Assembly (NCBI GenBank): GCA_942492905.1
Contig: OW818657.1
Coordinates: 4,096,022 to 4,160,021 of the forward strand
Source of the DNA: an uncultured Verrucomicrobiota bacterium
Lineage (GTDB): Bacteria > Verrucomicrobiota > Verrucomicrobiia > Verrucomicrobiales > V1-33
Direction: 5' to 3'
DNA: 64,000 nucleotides
Shown: piece by piece, positions 1 through 9,416 of the stretch
Position numbering within the stretch: position 1 is the first letter of the stretch
Layout: each line of letters starts with the position of its first letter
Made by a program: the position numbers and the translations under genes
The notes under the pieces: model-generated
What the model was told of the DNA's origin: nothing
The model's database searches: none
The model's input: only the letters and a program-made list of their open reading frames with translations

Positions 1-518
1 ACCGTCTCATCGAGTCCTTCAAAGCCACCCTGGAGGAGGCCGCCCTCGCGGATTTCCTCATCCACGTGCTTGATGCCAGCCAGGAGCGGGTCTTCCAGTT
101 CTACGAGACCACCATGGGCGTGCTCAAGGAGCTCGATGCCGATGACAAAAAGATGCTGGTGGTCCTCAACAAGATCGACCTCATTCCTCCGGCGCGCCGC
201 CAGGAAGTGGCGGCCCATTTTGACAAACCTGCCCTCGTCTCCCTCAAGACCGGCGAAGGCATGCCCGCGCTGCTGGAACGCCTCAGTGGCATGATGCTGG
301 AACGCACCCGCCGCATGAAACTCCGCCTGCCCCAGTCGGAATTCGCCCTTATGAGCCTGATCCATGAGCAGGGCAAGGTGATCAGTCAGGACTACGACGG
401 CAACGACATCCTCCTGGATATCATCATGCCGCGCCGCTTCGAGTCCCAACTGGAACCCCACCTCGATCCTCCCCTGCCCGCCCGCGTGCCGGAGGCTTGG
501 GAAACCACCCAGCGTTAG
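1..518 (+). CDS. hflX: GTPase HflX, C-terminal portion (5' end outside window)
   Basis: The frame is open from the window edge (codons from nt 3). It reads RLIESFKATLEEAALADFLIHVLDAS...KKMLVVLNKIDLI, with an NKxD G4 box, followed by an HflX-like C-terminal domain. TAG stop at 516-518. The ORF-track entry 66..518 is only the part after an internal GTG. Confidence 0.85.
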   Translation, partial: RLIESFKATLEEAALADFLIHVLDASQERVFQFYETTMGVLKELDADDKKMLVVLNKIDLIPPARRQEVAAHFDKPALVSLKTGEGMPALLERLSGMMLERTRRMKLRLPQSEFALMSLIHEQGKVISQDYDGNDILLDIIMPRRFESQLEPHLDPPLPARVPEAWETTQR

Positions 519-522
519 TCCC
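423..522 (+). repeat. Direct repeat copy 1 (last 31 codons plus stop of hflX)
   Basis: Hand alignment gives 94/100 identity to 9317..9416. The mismatches are at 443, 449 and 508-511. Weaker similarity continues to about 560 versus about 9455. Confidence 0.9.
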
Positions 523-671
523 GGGCCCGGGCCGGCCTTTTGCGGGAGAATTGCCCCTCCTGCCGGGCCTGCCCCACATCAGATTCTGTCACCGGACTGT
601 TGCTGTCTCCAACAAGGAGGCCTGCGCGTCCGTCATCAGACTTCAGGGCACAGCCATGGAGTCGGAAGATG

Positions 672-3600
672 CTATGGAGTGATAATGATACCCATCCGGA
701 GGAAACGCCGCATCTCCGTGCTGATGGCTGTGGGATCCTTGAAAGTGATCCGGGTGAGGCCGCCCGCAGCAGGGGTGATGGTCACGGTGCCGGGGGGAAG
801 AGCGGCTCCGGAAACGTCAGTCCATTCTGCAACGAGGGGGGATTTCCTGGCCAGAGTAGTCCAGGTGGTGAGGCCCGGACCGCCTTGGAATTCATAGGTG
901 ACGCCGGGGCATCCGTGTCCTCCGGCCAGGGCGGTGGTGGGGAGGTCGATGGAAAGGGTAGTATGGCCATCGGCCGAAATGCCAGCGATGGGCAAGCGGT
1001 CCGCGCCGTGGGGCGCGACGTATGAACGGGGATTGGAGTTGAGCGAGAACTCAAGATCATTGCTCAACCCGTCGTTGTCGTTGTCGGCGGAAATATCGTT
1101 CATGGTTAGACTGTTGGCGGCCAGCCATGCATTGAGACCGTCCGGATGCGGATTGGCCGGCGCCACCCAGCTATCGGGTGTACCGTACCGTTGGCTGCTG
1201 GCAGCCCAGCTGTCCCGCTCTTCGAAATCACCGATGTCCGTGGCGTTGTTCAGGAGGGTCAGACTGTAGCCGGTGGCGTTGGTGTCATACCACGTGATCC
1301 CATAGCTGAAGCAGAGGACGTTGGCATCCCATGGCTTGGGCAGGCGCAGGGCGAGTTGCTCTCCGCTGTTATCCAAGTTGCCGGTATAAAAGCCCGCGAT
1401 ATTCAACCCGGTGCCGTAGCGGCTTTCGAAGAGGACGGGGTCCTTCACCAACAGTATTTCTGCTCCCGGCGCGAGATTGAAGGGCACCGGGAAGAGGAAA
1501 TCGATCCCGTCGTAGAACTCCACGCCGCCAAGGTCGAGAGTGGTGACTCCGGTATTCGTCAACTCGATGAACTCGTAGTTGTTCCCGCCGTCGGCGTTGT
1601 ACATGATTTCGGTGATGCGCAGCGAATTCAGGATATTCACCGCGTTGACGTAGCCGGGATCGTTGGTGCCATTGGGGGCTCCGCCGGTGGCCAGAATGAA
1701 ATAAGCAGTGCCTCCGACACCGCCGGTGCTCACGAGACCCTGGCTGACCGCTTCGACCTGTGGGAATACCCGGACATAGTGCTGCTCCGCTCCGTTGGCG
1801 CTGAAAAGGAGCAGTTCCTCGGTGAGGCTGTCGAGTTTGAAGGAAGTGTGGTTGGCACCGGCGGCGGAATTGCCGTCGGCGATGAGTTTCACAAAACCGT
1901 GGCCGCCGATGAAGCTGAGCGGCGGGAAAGGGGTCATGGGTCCGAAACGGGCATCCGTCAGGACCATGCCACTGAGGCTCGCGGGGAAGTCGGCTGGATT
2001 GGCGAGCTCCACCCAGTCTTCCTTGTAGCGGATGCCGCCGGCGGCGAGCCATTCGTTGATGACAATCTGCGACGGATCGCTCCGGCGGGCGGCAACATTT
2101 GTGGCCAATCCCATGGTTTCCAGCGAAAGCTCCCAAACGGCAGGGGCACCCAGCCGCGAGAGCGAATATCCAGCGGGCAGAGGGCCGAAGACCACACTGT
2201 CGCGCAGGGTATTGGAGGCGTCGAAAAGATAGATGGCATCGCCATCGTTGTCGATCTGCAGGCCGGAGAGCCCGACCGTGGTGAGTCCAGACGGGACCAG
2301 CAGTCCGGTGAGCGGAAGTTCGCCGGGAGTGAGCAGGTCGTCGCTGATGCTCCAGCCGGTGAGATCCACGCTTCCAGCGCTGCGGCTGACCAGTTCCACA
2401 AATTGTTGTGGTGCGGTGGGCGTGGCCGGAGATGGATCGCCCATGACTTCGCTGAGTATCACCACCGGCAGGGTGGCATCCACCGTCCAGGTGCGCGTGG
2501 TGGGAGCAAACTGGGGAGTGCCATCATAAACGCGGGCGGGATCGTTATCCTGCCAGTTGCCGGCCATGTCCTGGCCGATCACTTCGAGGGTGTGCACGCC
2601 GGCGGTCAGTCCGCTGAGGTTGAGGGTGGCCTGGCGGACCGTCGGAGTCGCGCCACGTGGCATGGTGCCTCCGGTGCCAATCTGGGTGGAAACGCTCCAG
2701 GCGCCGCCGTTGAGCCGCCAGCGGTAAGCCACGATGCCGGGGCCGCCGATGGTAAAGCTGGCGGTGGAATCCGCCACGGTCCCGCTGGGGCCGCCGAGCA
2801 GATAAGCCCATTCCGGAATCTCCGCGCCGTAGCTGAGGCCGCCCGGGGCGGTGCCACGGGCAAGGGAATCCATGCGCAGCGAATAATCTTCCGCTCCCTC
2901 TTCGACAAACCCCGGGGCGCCCGCCTGGTTTGGTCCATAGGTCCCGCTGAAGAATCCGCCAGGGTGATTCGGCCCGATGGCCGGGTCGGCGATCTGATCG
3001 AGGAGGTTATGGAAGAACTCGATCTTGGTGGTGATCCCATTGCCCGCCGCATTGGCATCCGGGCCGCTGAAGAAATGAGGCGTGTTGCTGATGATGTTGA
3101 AACCGGTGTAGGCTCCGTCGCCCACGCTGGGATTCGGTCCGTCGCCCGGCACGAAGAAGTTGATCGGGGCACAGGTGACCTGCTGCGATACCGTGGAACC
3201 CTGGAATAAGAAATCAGGGTGAATATTGGCCACGGTATTGTGCTCGAAAATGGTTGCGGTAGCGGCCTTGCAGTTGATGACGTGGTCGAGGTCATAGCAA
3301 ATATTGCGGGCCAGCAGCACGGTGGTGCCGGAGCCCTTGTCGCCGGAGCTGATGGCATTGGAATAGCCGGTGTCGTTGGTCCAGAAATCCTTCCGCGCAT
3401 TCTCAAAGATGTTGCTGGCGATATAGGCATCGCCTCCGAGATCCATGTGTTCATCCCCGGCGAGGCCGCGGAAGTGGTTGTAGCGGCAGTCGATGACAAA
3501 TTGTCCGTTGGACTGATGGCCACTGGCATCGCGTGCGGCCCAGCGCCCACTGTCGCAGTCGAAGACGTCCTGATGGCCGCGGTTGCCGTTGAACTGATTG

Positions 3601-6600
3601 AAATAAACCCGCCAGTGTCCATTTAACGGCAGGCCGTTGGGGAAGTTGGCGGCGTTGGCCCCGGAGACCTCGGGGTCGGTGGTGGGGTACTCCACTTTCA
3701 ACGGTTCCATGCTGTTGTCGGCAGCCGCGATGAAGTCGGTGGTGGGTTCCTCGATGCGTCCCAGCACAGGATCGAAGATGAACATATCCGGGAAGGTTGT
3801 ATGAGTCACGGTGAGCTTGCTGTTCCGACCATAACACATACGGAGGTGGGTGCCGGCGAAAGTGCAGTGATCCACCCAGCCCCATGAACGGATGAACCCC
3901 AGCGATCCGTAGTTTTCCGACCCCGCCGGCGAGGTGCCCTGGGCATTGATGAAGTCGCAGTAGCGGAGGACGTTTTCCTGGTTCATCGAGTCATGGATGC
4001 GCAGGCCTCCCCATTTGGGAGCTCCGGTCTGGGTGCCAAGCTTGATGGGGTCCACATCTGTGGCGCTGTTCGTTCCCGGGATGTGACTGAAGACGATCCT
4101 GCCTGCCGCGGTGCCTTCCGCCCTGATGCGGCCGGTCACAGTGATCCTCACATTCTGGGCGCTTTGCACGTTGACGCCGGGATCAATGCGCAGGGTGACT
4201 CCGGAGGGCACGGTGGTGTTGGCGGTGATGCGGTAGGGCGAACCGGCGAGGGTCCAGCGGACCTCGCCGGCGGGGCTGCCGCCGGCTGTGCCGGTGGGCA
4301 GGGCTCCCATGTCGAGGCGGGAGCCGTCGGGATCGGTCAGAGCCGGGTCAGCGGTATTGATGGCCGGACTGCCGGCGGCGAGAGAGAAGTTCCTCGCCGC
4401 GGCGCTGACGAAGAGCGGGTCCGCCGTTATCGTGCCGGTTCCGGAGGGAGGGGCGGGATCCACCGGATTGGCACCGGCCACATCCTGATAGCAATTGTAG
4501 CTGACCGTGGTCAACGGGTGATCGACCCCGGGGGTGGCGTAGTCATTGAGCATCGGAGTGATGGCGGAGATGATGCAATTCTTGGCATTCACCACAAGTT
4601 GGGCGTTCGGACCGGTGCCGTATTTGTTGCGCACATGGACACCGACATTGTGCCAGTAGACGCCGCCGGACTGGTCCGACTGGTTGGTGGGATGCGACTC
4701 GCCCACGATGGTGCAGCTCTCCATGTTGAGGGTGTAGGTGGTCGCTTCGGAACCGATTTGGGTTTTGCAGGAAATGCCGAAATCGCAGTCAATGATCTGG
4801 GTGCGGCGCACCGTGACGTTGTTCTGCAGGAGGCTCATACCTTTGTCGAAGATGTTGCGCACGATGCAGTCCTCGACAGTCAGGGTTCCGGCCAACAGGT
4901 CGATGCCATCGTCGCCCGCATTGGCAAAGACACTGCGGCGCAGATTGACGGGGCGTCCGCCACTGTCATGGATGTAAATGCAGTCCTCGTCATCCGGCGC
5001 GCCGCTTTCACGGTAGGCCGGGAGCATGTCCGTGAAGTTGCAGTCCTCGATGGTGAGGGCGCTGCCGTCGGTTTCCGGTCCCATGACGCAGCGGGCGAAC
5101 TGGGAGCGGCGCATCACCATGGAGGTGTTGCCGGTGTTGGTCAGGGTCTTCCCGGAAAGATCGGCGATGACGCCGTCATCGAACGTCCAGACTGCTCCAT
5201 TGGCCAGACGGAAGGCGGGACCGGTGCCGGTATGTCCGCCGCCCGGCGAGTGGCAGCCCCGCGAAACGAGGCAGTAGTTCCACGTCGTGGTGGAACCTCC
5301 CACATTAATCTCCCCCCAGCGGCTCCCGGAATCCGCAGCGGTGATGCTGATGGGCTGCGCCAGGGTGCCGGCGGCCTGGATGCTGCCGCTGCCGGTGACG
5401 ATGAGATCGGTGCCGCTGGTGCTCCCCGCGCCGGATGTTCCGGTCATGAGAACGTGGGTGCCGGGGGCTATGACGAGGGTGGCCCCGGTCGGAACGGTGA
5501 GATCACCGGTCACCCGGACCACCCCGCTCCAGTTGGTGATGCCGGCGGGCAGGGTGCCGCTGACGCTGGTGCCGGCAGCTGCGCCGAGACTTGTCAGGGT
5601 TTTGCTGGCGTTGAGCGTTCCGGTGCTGGCGGTGAGGCTGAAACTGCCGGGATCGGCCGCACCGGTGGAGATGCTGGCGCTGAGCTGGAGATCGAAGGTC
5701 ACGTCGCTGCTGCTGGCGTCGTCCTGATGCACCTCCACCGCCAGAGTGTTCACTCCGCTGTGCAACAGGCCCAACGGCAGGGTGACTGCGGCGGTGGAGT
5801 TCTCCCCGGCAGCGGTGGCATATTGATCCAGGGTGACGGCGTCCCCGAGTCCGGCGCTGTTGGCCACCTTGACCCCGTTGACATAGAGCCGGTAGCCGTC
5901 GTCGAATTTCACCTGTCCGGTCACTGCCGTGACGGCGCTGATGTCAGCAATGCTGAAGGTGGTGCGGAAGAGGTAACAGGGCACGTTCTGCGAGCCGGTC
6001 AGGACCGGATTGAAGTCAATGTCAGGAATGGGGGTATTCTCATCGCTGTCCCCGTAGCCGGCCTGGGTCCGGACCGTGGTCCAGGCCGAATCATCAAAAC
6101 CCTCGTTCATCCACGTGGTAGCCGAACTGGCGATAAACGAGGCGAGAGTCGTGGTGTTGAAGTCGCTCTTCGCCTTCCACTCCGATCCAGGCGTGCCGCT
6201 CCCGGAAGTGCCATTCCCGCCCGTGCCGTAGGCAAGGAGCGGTAACGTGGTGGTGGCCCCGCCTCCAATGGTGACAAGGGCGCTGCCCATGCCGTTGGTG
6301 AGGGTCAGGGAGGAGGGGGAAACGGTCACTCCATTGGTGGTCGTCAAGTTGACGGCGGTGTTCCATGCCGCGCGGTTCAGCTGGCCATTTCCGTCCTTCA
6401 GGTCCACGCGGACGAGCACCGGAACCCCGGGGATGAAACTTTCAGGAACCACCATGGTGAGGGAACCCGGTGCCGTGAGGGTGCCATTCACCGTGGTGCC
6501 GGCTGCGGCATTCCAGAGGACCTGGGTGGCATACTCATGGACGACATTGCCTGATCCGTCAGGGCCATCCCAGAAGCGGACCACCACCTGGTTCAGGCCC

Positions 6601-9047
6601 GCACGCAGGGTGCTGCCGCCGCCGGCCGGCACGATCATCTTCCAGGTTCCTGCAGGGTCGGTCCCGAGGGTGCGGTAGAACCATTGGGCCAGCACACCAT
6701 TTACGGTGACGCTGTAGGTTTTCGCCACGTTGAAGGTGCCGCTGAAGGTCGCCGCTCCGTTGGTGGTGGTTTTGTAACCCTCGATGCTGTCCGCGGTGTT
6801 GCCGGTGACAGAGAGGGAGAAGTTCTGTTGGATCTGGGAAAGCACCGCTGCCCGGCGGGCATCCACAAAGCCTTTGATTTCCGCAATGCCGCGATTCGGC
6901 GTGGCCGCGTTGCCGTCGGTCGCGGGCACCCAGCCCTGGAAAAGCTGATCGATGATGGGGTCAATCGTGGCCCGGTTGAACCAGGTATTGATTCCCTCAA
7001 GGACAGCCGTGTAGTATTTCGGGAGCAAGGCCGGATGATTGAACATCCGCCGCAGCCCTACCACCCCGGTGTTGCCCTGCTGCACCTGTTCATCATAGCT
7101 GAAAATGGACCGCGTGATGGGATTGCCGGCACCGGTTCCAATGTCGAATACGTCATCCAGATCATGCGGCACAAAACGGAAGCGCTGGTCCACGATGCCG
7201 CGGTAGAGGCTGGTGTCGTCGGCCCTTCCACTTTGCAGGCCGCCCTCCTGATTTCCCACCAGCGCATCCGTGGCGATGTATCTGTAGAACTGGTCCACAT
7301 CAAGGACGGCACTTACCGCTGCGGGATACGCCGCATCGCTGATGGCCGGTTGCAGCGCGGTGCCGCCGGTTGCCGGAGCACTGAGCACCCGTGTCAGATT
7401 GGCGAGGTCGGTGTAGTCATTGGCGTCCTTGTTGGTCTCCTTGATGAAGGTATCGCTCCACGCCGCCGGGCTGGTGCCTTCATATTGCAGTTCGCCAGAT
7501 CCCCGGTCGCTTCCCACTACCCCGGTGTCGTTGTTGGGAGCATGGTCATCAAGACGGTAGAAATCGCCATCCGGATCCAGCGGATAGTGTTTTTTTGCCC
7601 AGTCCGGCCCGCGGCCTTCCATCATGGCGTAGCGGCCGTACATGTTTCCGCCGGATTCGGCGAGGTTCACTCCGTTGATGCGGAGCTGCGCCACGATGGC
7701 GTCCTGGGGCGCGATTCCTGCTCTGGCAAAAAGCACATTGCCCAGCACCTGACCGTAGCCGAACTGCCAGTTCAATTGCGCGCCGCTGCGCCCATTCCAC
7801 ATGTCGTCGCTGCGGAACCGGATGTTGAAATTGTTGGGTGGTCCCAGCGCGGACGAGAATCCGCGGTTCCGCACGCTGCTGTTATAGACGATTTTGGTGC
7901 CGGTTCCCTCGTGTCCCACAAAGGTCGCGTTGAAGGCGGCCTCGCTCTGTTCCTGACCGCTGGTTGTCTGCAGGGTATTGAGTTCGATGCGTTCCGCATT
8001 GGTCATGACTACCCGCAGGACCGGTTGGTTCCCTGGGGCTGTAAAATCCCGCACGGCGTCGTAGGAATTGTCCACCTGGAGCAAGGCATTTGTTACCTGC
8101 CCAAATGTTTCCGGCAGCACTCCCGGGTTGCTGGTGCGCGCCGGAGCCGGCCAGGTGCGGGTGTGGGTTCCGTCCGTGGCGGAGATATACCACTCGATCA
8201 CAGCCAGATTGGCCTGGGGCGGGATCTGCGCATCGAGGTCCCCGTCGGCGTCGGCATCCGCCATGGGGATAGCGGAAAAGGCCGCCGCGCCATCCAGCCG
8301 CCAGTGCAGGGAGGCCGTCGCTCCGGGCAGTTCATCTTCAATCGTGGCGGAGAACCGGGTCACAGCCGTGCTCGAGGGAATTTCCGGCCGGTGCTGGGCG
8401 GCCTTGATGAGCGGGGCAATGTCGGTGCTGGCAGAGCTGTTCGCCGCGCCAGGTGTGCCCCCGGCGTTGGCGCTGTCCGCCCAGTTTTGACCGCTGCCCG
8501 GCCCCAATAGCGGATTGCGCAGCTCAATGGTCCGGCCGGCGCCATCGGCCAGCGTTTCCCAGCTCCAGCCCCGGTGGGAAAAACTCAGGGGCCCGCGCAC
8601 CCGCCGCGCCCACTCCCCCTCATCGGAATAGATTACATCACTGACTTGATTGCCCAAGGCGTCATCCAATTGCACCTGCTCTCCGCCGCTGGCCAAAGAC
8701 CCCACCCAAGGGCCGAGTACCGCGCCCGAAAAGCCCGGATAGGCCGCTTGGAATTTCCCCAAATCCGCCGCTATCACCAAATACCCGCCCGCAGGGATCA
8801 CCGTCGCCGCCGGGATGGTGAAGGCCACCCCCTTGGTCAGCCGGTAGCCTGACACATCGACCGCCTGAACATCCGGATTGTGGATTTCCAGCCATTCCGC
8901 CATGACATCCTCAGGATTCCCCAGCGAGGAAACGGGGTGATACATCAGTTCATTGATCACCGGTGCCGCCAAAAGGGAACTGCTCAAAACGACAGCAGCA
9001 ATTGATCCCAGCAAAAGCCGGGCTCTTCGAACAGAGGAATAAGTCAT
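672..9047 (-). CDS. Giant secreted multidomain protein (2791 aa): lamin-tail domains, CotH kinase-like domain, right-handed beta-helix region
   Basis: Single uninterrupted 8.4-kb ORF with a signal-like N-terminus (LLLGSIAAVVLSSSLLAAP).
- LTD-like segments: VINELMYHP...WLEIHNP (N-terminal); VILSEVMGDP...FVELVS; VINEWLAAGG...WVELANP; RITEIMYNADGG...FIELTNTG.
- CotH-like block: NFNIRFRSDD...YRLDDH...FRFVPHDLDDVFD.
- Long G/T/N-rich beta-helix-like middle.
- DNDNDG...NDLEF calcium-binding-like motif near the C-terminus. Confidence 0.9.
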   Translation of the reverse strand: MTYSSVRRARLLLGSIAAVVLSSSLLAAPVINELMYHPVSSLGNPEDVMAEWLEIHNPDVQAVDVSGYRLTKGVAFTIPAATVIPAGGYLVIAADLGKFQAAYPGFSGAVLGPWVGSLASGGEQVQLDDALGNQVSDVIYSDEGEWARRVRGPLSFSHRGWSWETLADGAGRTIELRNPLLGPGSGQNWADSANAGGTPGAANSSASTDIAPLIKAAQHRPEIPSSTAVTRFSATIEDELPGATASLHWRLDGAAAFSAIPMADADADGDLDAQIPPQANLAVIEWYISATDGTHTRTWPAPARTSNPGVLPETFGQVTNALLQVDNSYDAVRDFTAPGNQPVLRVVMTNAERIELNTLQTTSGQEQSEAAFNATFVGHEGTGTKIVYNSSVRNRGFSSALGPPNNFNIRFRSDDMWNGRSGAQLNWQFGYGQVLGNVLFARAGIAPQDAIVAQLRINGVNLAESGGNMYGRYAMMEGRGPDWAKKHYPLDPDGDFYRLDDHAPNNDTGVVGSDRGSGELQYEGTSPAAWSDTFIKETNKDANDYTDLANLTRVLSAPATGGTALQPAISDAAYPAAVSAVLDVDQFYRYIATDALVGNQEGGLQSGRADDTSLYRGIVDQRFRFVPHDLDDVFDIGTGAGNPITRSIFSYDEQVQQGNTGVVGLRRMFNHPALLPKYYTAVLEGINTWFNRATIDPIIDQLFQGWVPATDGNAATPNRGIAEIKGFVDARRAAVLSQIQQNFSLSVTGNTADSIEGYKTTTNGAATFSGTFNVAKTYSVTVNGVLAQWFYRTLGTDPAGTWKMIVPAGGGSTLRAGLNQVVVRFWDGPDGSGNVVHEYATQVLWNAAAGTTVNGTLTAPGSLTMVVPESFIPGVPVLVRVDLKDGNGQLNRAAWNTAVNLTTTNGVTVSPSSLTLTNGMGSALVTIGGGATTTLPLLAYGTGGNGTSGSGTPGSEWKAKSDFNTTTLASFIASSATTWMNEGFDDSAWTTVRTQAGYGDSDENTPIPDIDFNPVLTGSQNVPCYLFRTTFSIADISAVTAVTGQVKFDDGYRLYVNGVKVANSAGLGDAVTLDQYATAAGENSTAAVTLPLGLLHSGVNTLAVEVHQDDASSSDVTFDLQLSASISTGAADPGSFSLTASTGTLNASKTLTSLGAAAGTSVSGTLPAGITNWSGVVRVTGDLTVPTGATLVIAPGTHVLMTGTSGAGSTSGTDLIVTGSGSIQAAGTLAQPISITAADSGSRWGEINVGGSTTTWNYCLVSRGCHSPGGGHTGTGPAFRLANGAVWTFDDGVIADLSGKTLTNTGNTSMVMRRSQFARCVMGPETDGSALTIEDCNFTDMLPAYRESGAPDDEDCIYIHDSGGRPVNLRRSVFANAGDDGIDLLAGTLTVEDCIVRNIFDKGMSLLQNNVTVRRTQIIDCDFGISCKTQIGSEATTYTLNMESCTIVGESHPTNQSDQSGGVYWHNVGVHVRNKYGTGPNAQLVVNAKNCIISAITPMLNDYATPGVDHPLTTVSYNCYQDVAGANPVDPAPPSGTGTITADPLFVSAAARNFSLAAGSPAINTADPALTDPDGSRLDMGALPTGTAGGSPAGEVRWTLAGSPYRITANTTVPSGVTLRIDPGVNVQSAQNVRITVTGRIRAEGTAAGRIVFSHIPGTNSATDVDPIKLGTQTGAPKWGGLRIHDSMNQENVLRYCDFINAQGTSPAGSENYGSLGFIRSWGWVDHCTFAGTHLRMCYGRNSKLTVTHTTFPDMFIFDPVLGRIEEPTTDFIAAADNSMEPLKVEYPTTDPEVSGANAANFPNGLPLNGHWRVYFNQFNGNRGHQDVFDCDSGRWAARDASGHQSNGQFVIDCRYNHFRGLAGDEHMDLGGDAYIASNIFENARKDFWTNDTGYSNAISSGDKGSGTTVLLARNICYDLDHVINCKAATATIFEHNTVANIHPDFLFQGSTVSQQVTCAPINFFVPGDGPNPSVGDGAYTGFNIISNTPHFFSGPDANAAGNGITTKIEFFHNLLDQIADPAIGPNHPGGFFSGTYGPNQAGAPGFVEEGAEDYSLRMDSLARGTAPGGLSYGAEIPEWAYLLGGPSGTVADSTASFTIGGPGIVAYRWRLNGGAWSVSTQIGTGGTMPRGATPTVRQATLNLSGLTAGVHTLEVIGQDMAGNWQDNDPARVYDGTPQFAPTTRTWTVDATLPVVILSEVMGDPSPATPTAPQQFVELVSRSAGSVDLTGWSISDDLLTPGELPLTGLLVPSGLTTVGLSGLQIDNDGDAIYLFDASNTLRDSVVFGPLPAGYSLSRLGAPAVWELSLETMGLATNVAARRSDPSQIVINEWLAAGGIRYKEDWVELANPADFPASLSGMVLTDARFGPMTPFPPLSFIGGHGFVKLIADGNSAAGANHTSFKLDSLTEELLLFSANGAEQHYVRVFPQVEAVSQGLVSTGGVGGTAYFILATGGAPNGTNDPGYVNAVNILNSLRITEIMYNADGGNNYEFIELTNTGVTTLDLGGVEFYDGIDFLFPVPFNLAPGAEILLVKDPVLFESRYGTGLNIAGFYTGNLDNSGEQLALRLPKPWDANVLCFSYGITWYDTNATGYSLTLLNNATDIGDFEERDSWAASSQRYGTPDSWVAPANPHPDGLNAWLAANSLTMNDISADNDNDGLSNDLEFSLNSNPRSYVAPHGADRLPIAGISADGHTTLSIDLPTTALAGGHGCPGVTYEFQGGPGLTTWTTLARKSPLVAEWTDVSGAALPPGTVTITPAAGGLTRITFKDPTAISTEMRRFLRMGIIITP

Positions 9048-9316
9048 GGTGGGGGCGGGTTCCCGCGGATAGGACGCGATATGGTAATTATAGGACCAGA
9101 CCAGACTAAACTAAAGAGACATGAAGGTTAAGTGAAAAATCGCCCAAGTAAAAACTTCCACAAGGCCATGCTCCCCCACCAAACGGTGATTTTCCAAGTG
9201 AGGCAGAGCTTCGACCTCGAGTTGATCCCGTCGCGGGGATTGCCCCCTCTTTGAAAAACCGTAACTAACTCCGTGGAAACGGTCGCTGGCGAATGACGAG
9301 GAGGTGACTTTTGGCA

Positions 9317-9416
9317 ATCATGCCGCGCCGCTTCGAATCCCAGCTGGAACCCCACCTCGATCCTCCCCTGCCCGCCCGCGTGCCGGAGGCTTGGGAAACC
9401 AGTGGGCGTTAGTCCC
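9317..9416 (+). repeat. Direct repeat copy 2 (displaced relic of the hflX 3' end)
   Basis: 94/100 identical to 423..522. It retains an intact mini-frame ATG 9320..TAG 9412 (MPRRFESQLEPHLDPPLPARVPEAWETSGR*). Its TAG overlaps the stop (9409-9411) of the convergent gene 9409..10089. Confidence 0.9.

Noticed and set aside
520-541. Rho-independent terminator after hflX (cccgggcccggg ccggcc tttt)
   Set aside because: The GC-rich palindromes followed by TTTT are suggestive, but the best hairpins I can draw have only 4-bp stems. Not supportable as a feature.
1146-8510. Long plus-strand ORFs 1146..3209 (687 aa), 3993..6245 (750 aa) and 6684..8510 (608 aa)
   Set aside because: They lie antisense to the continuous 2791-aa gene. 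Their translations are Gly/Arg/Ala/Asp-rich low-complexity sequence, typical of shadow ORFs in GC-rich DNA, with no recognisable motifs.
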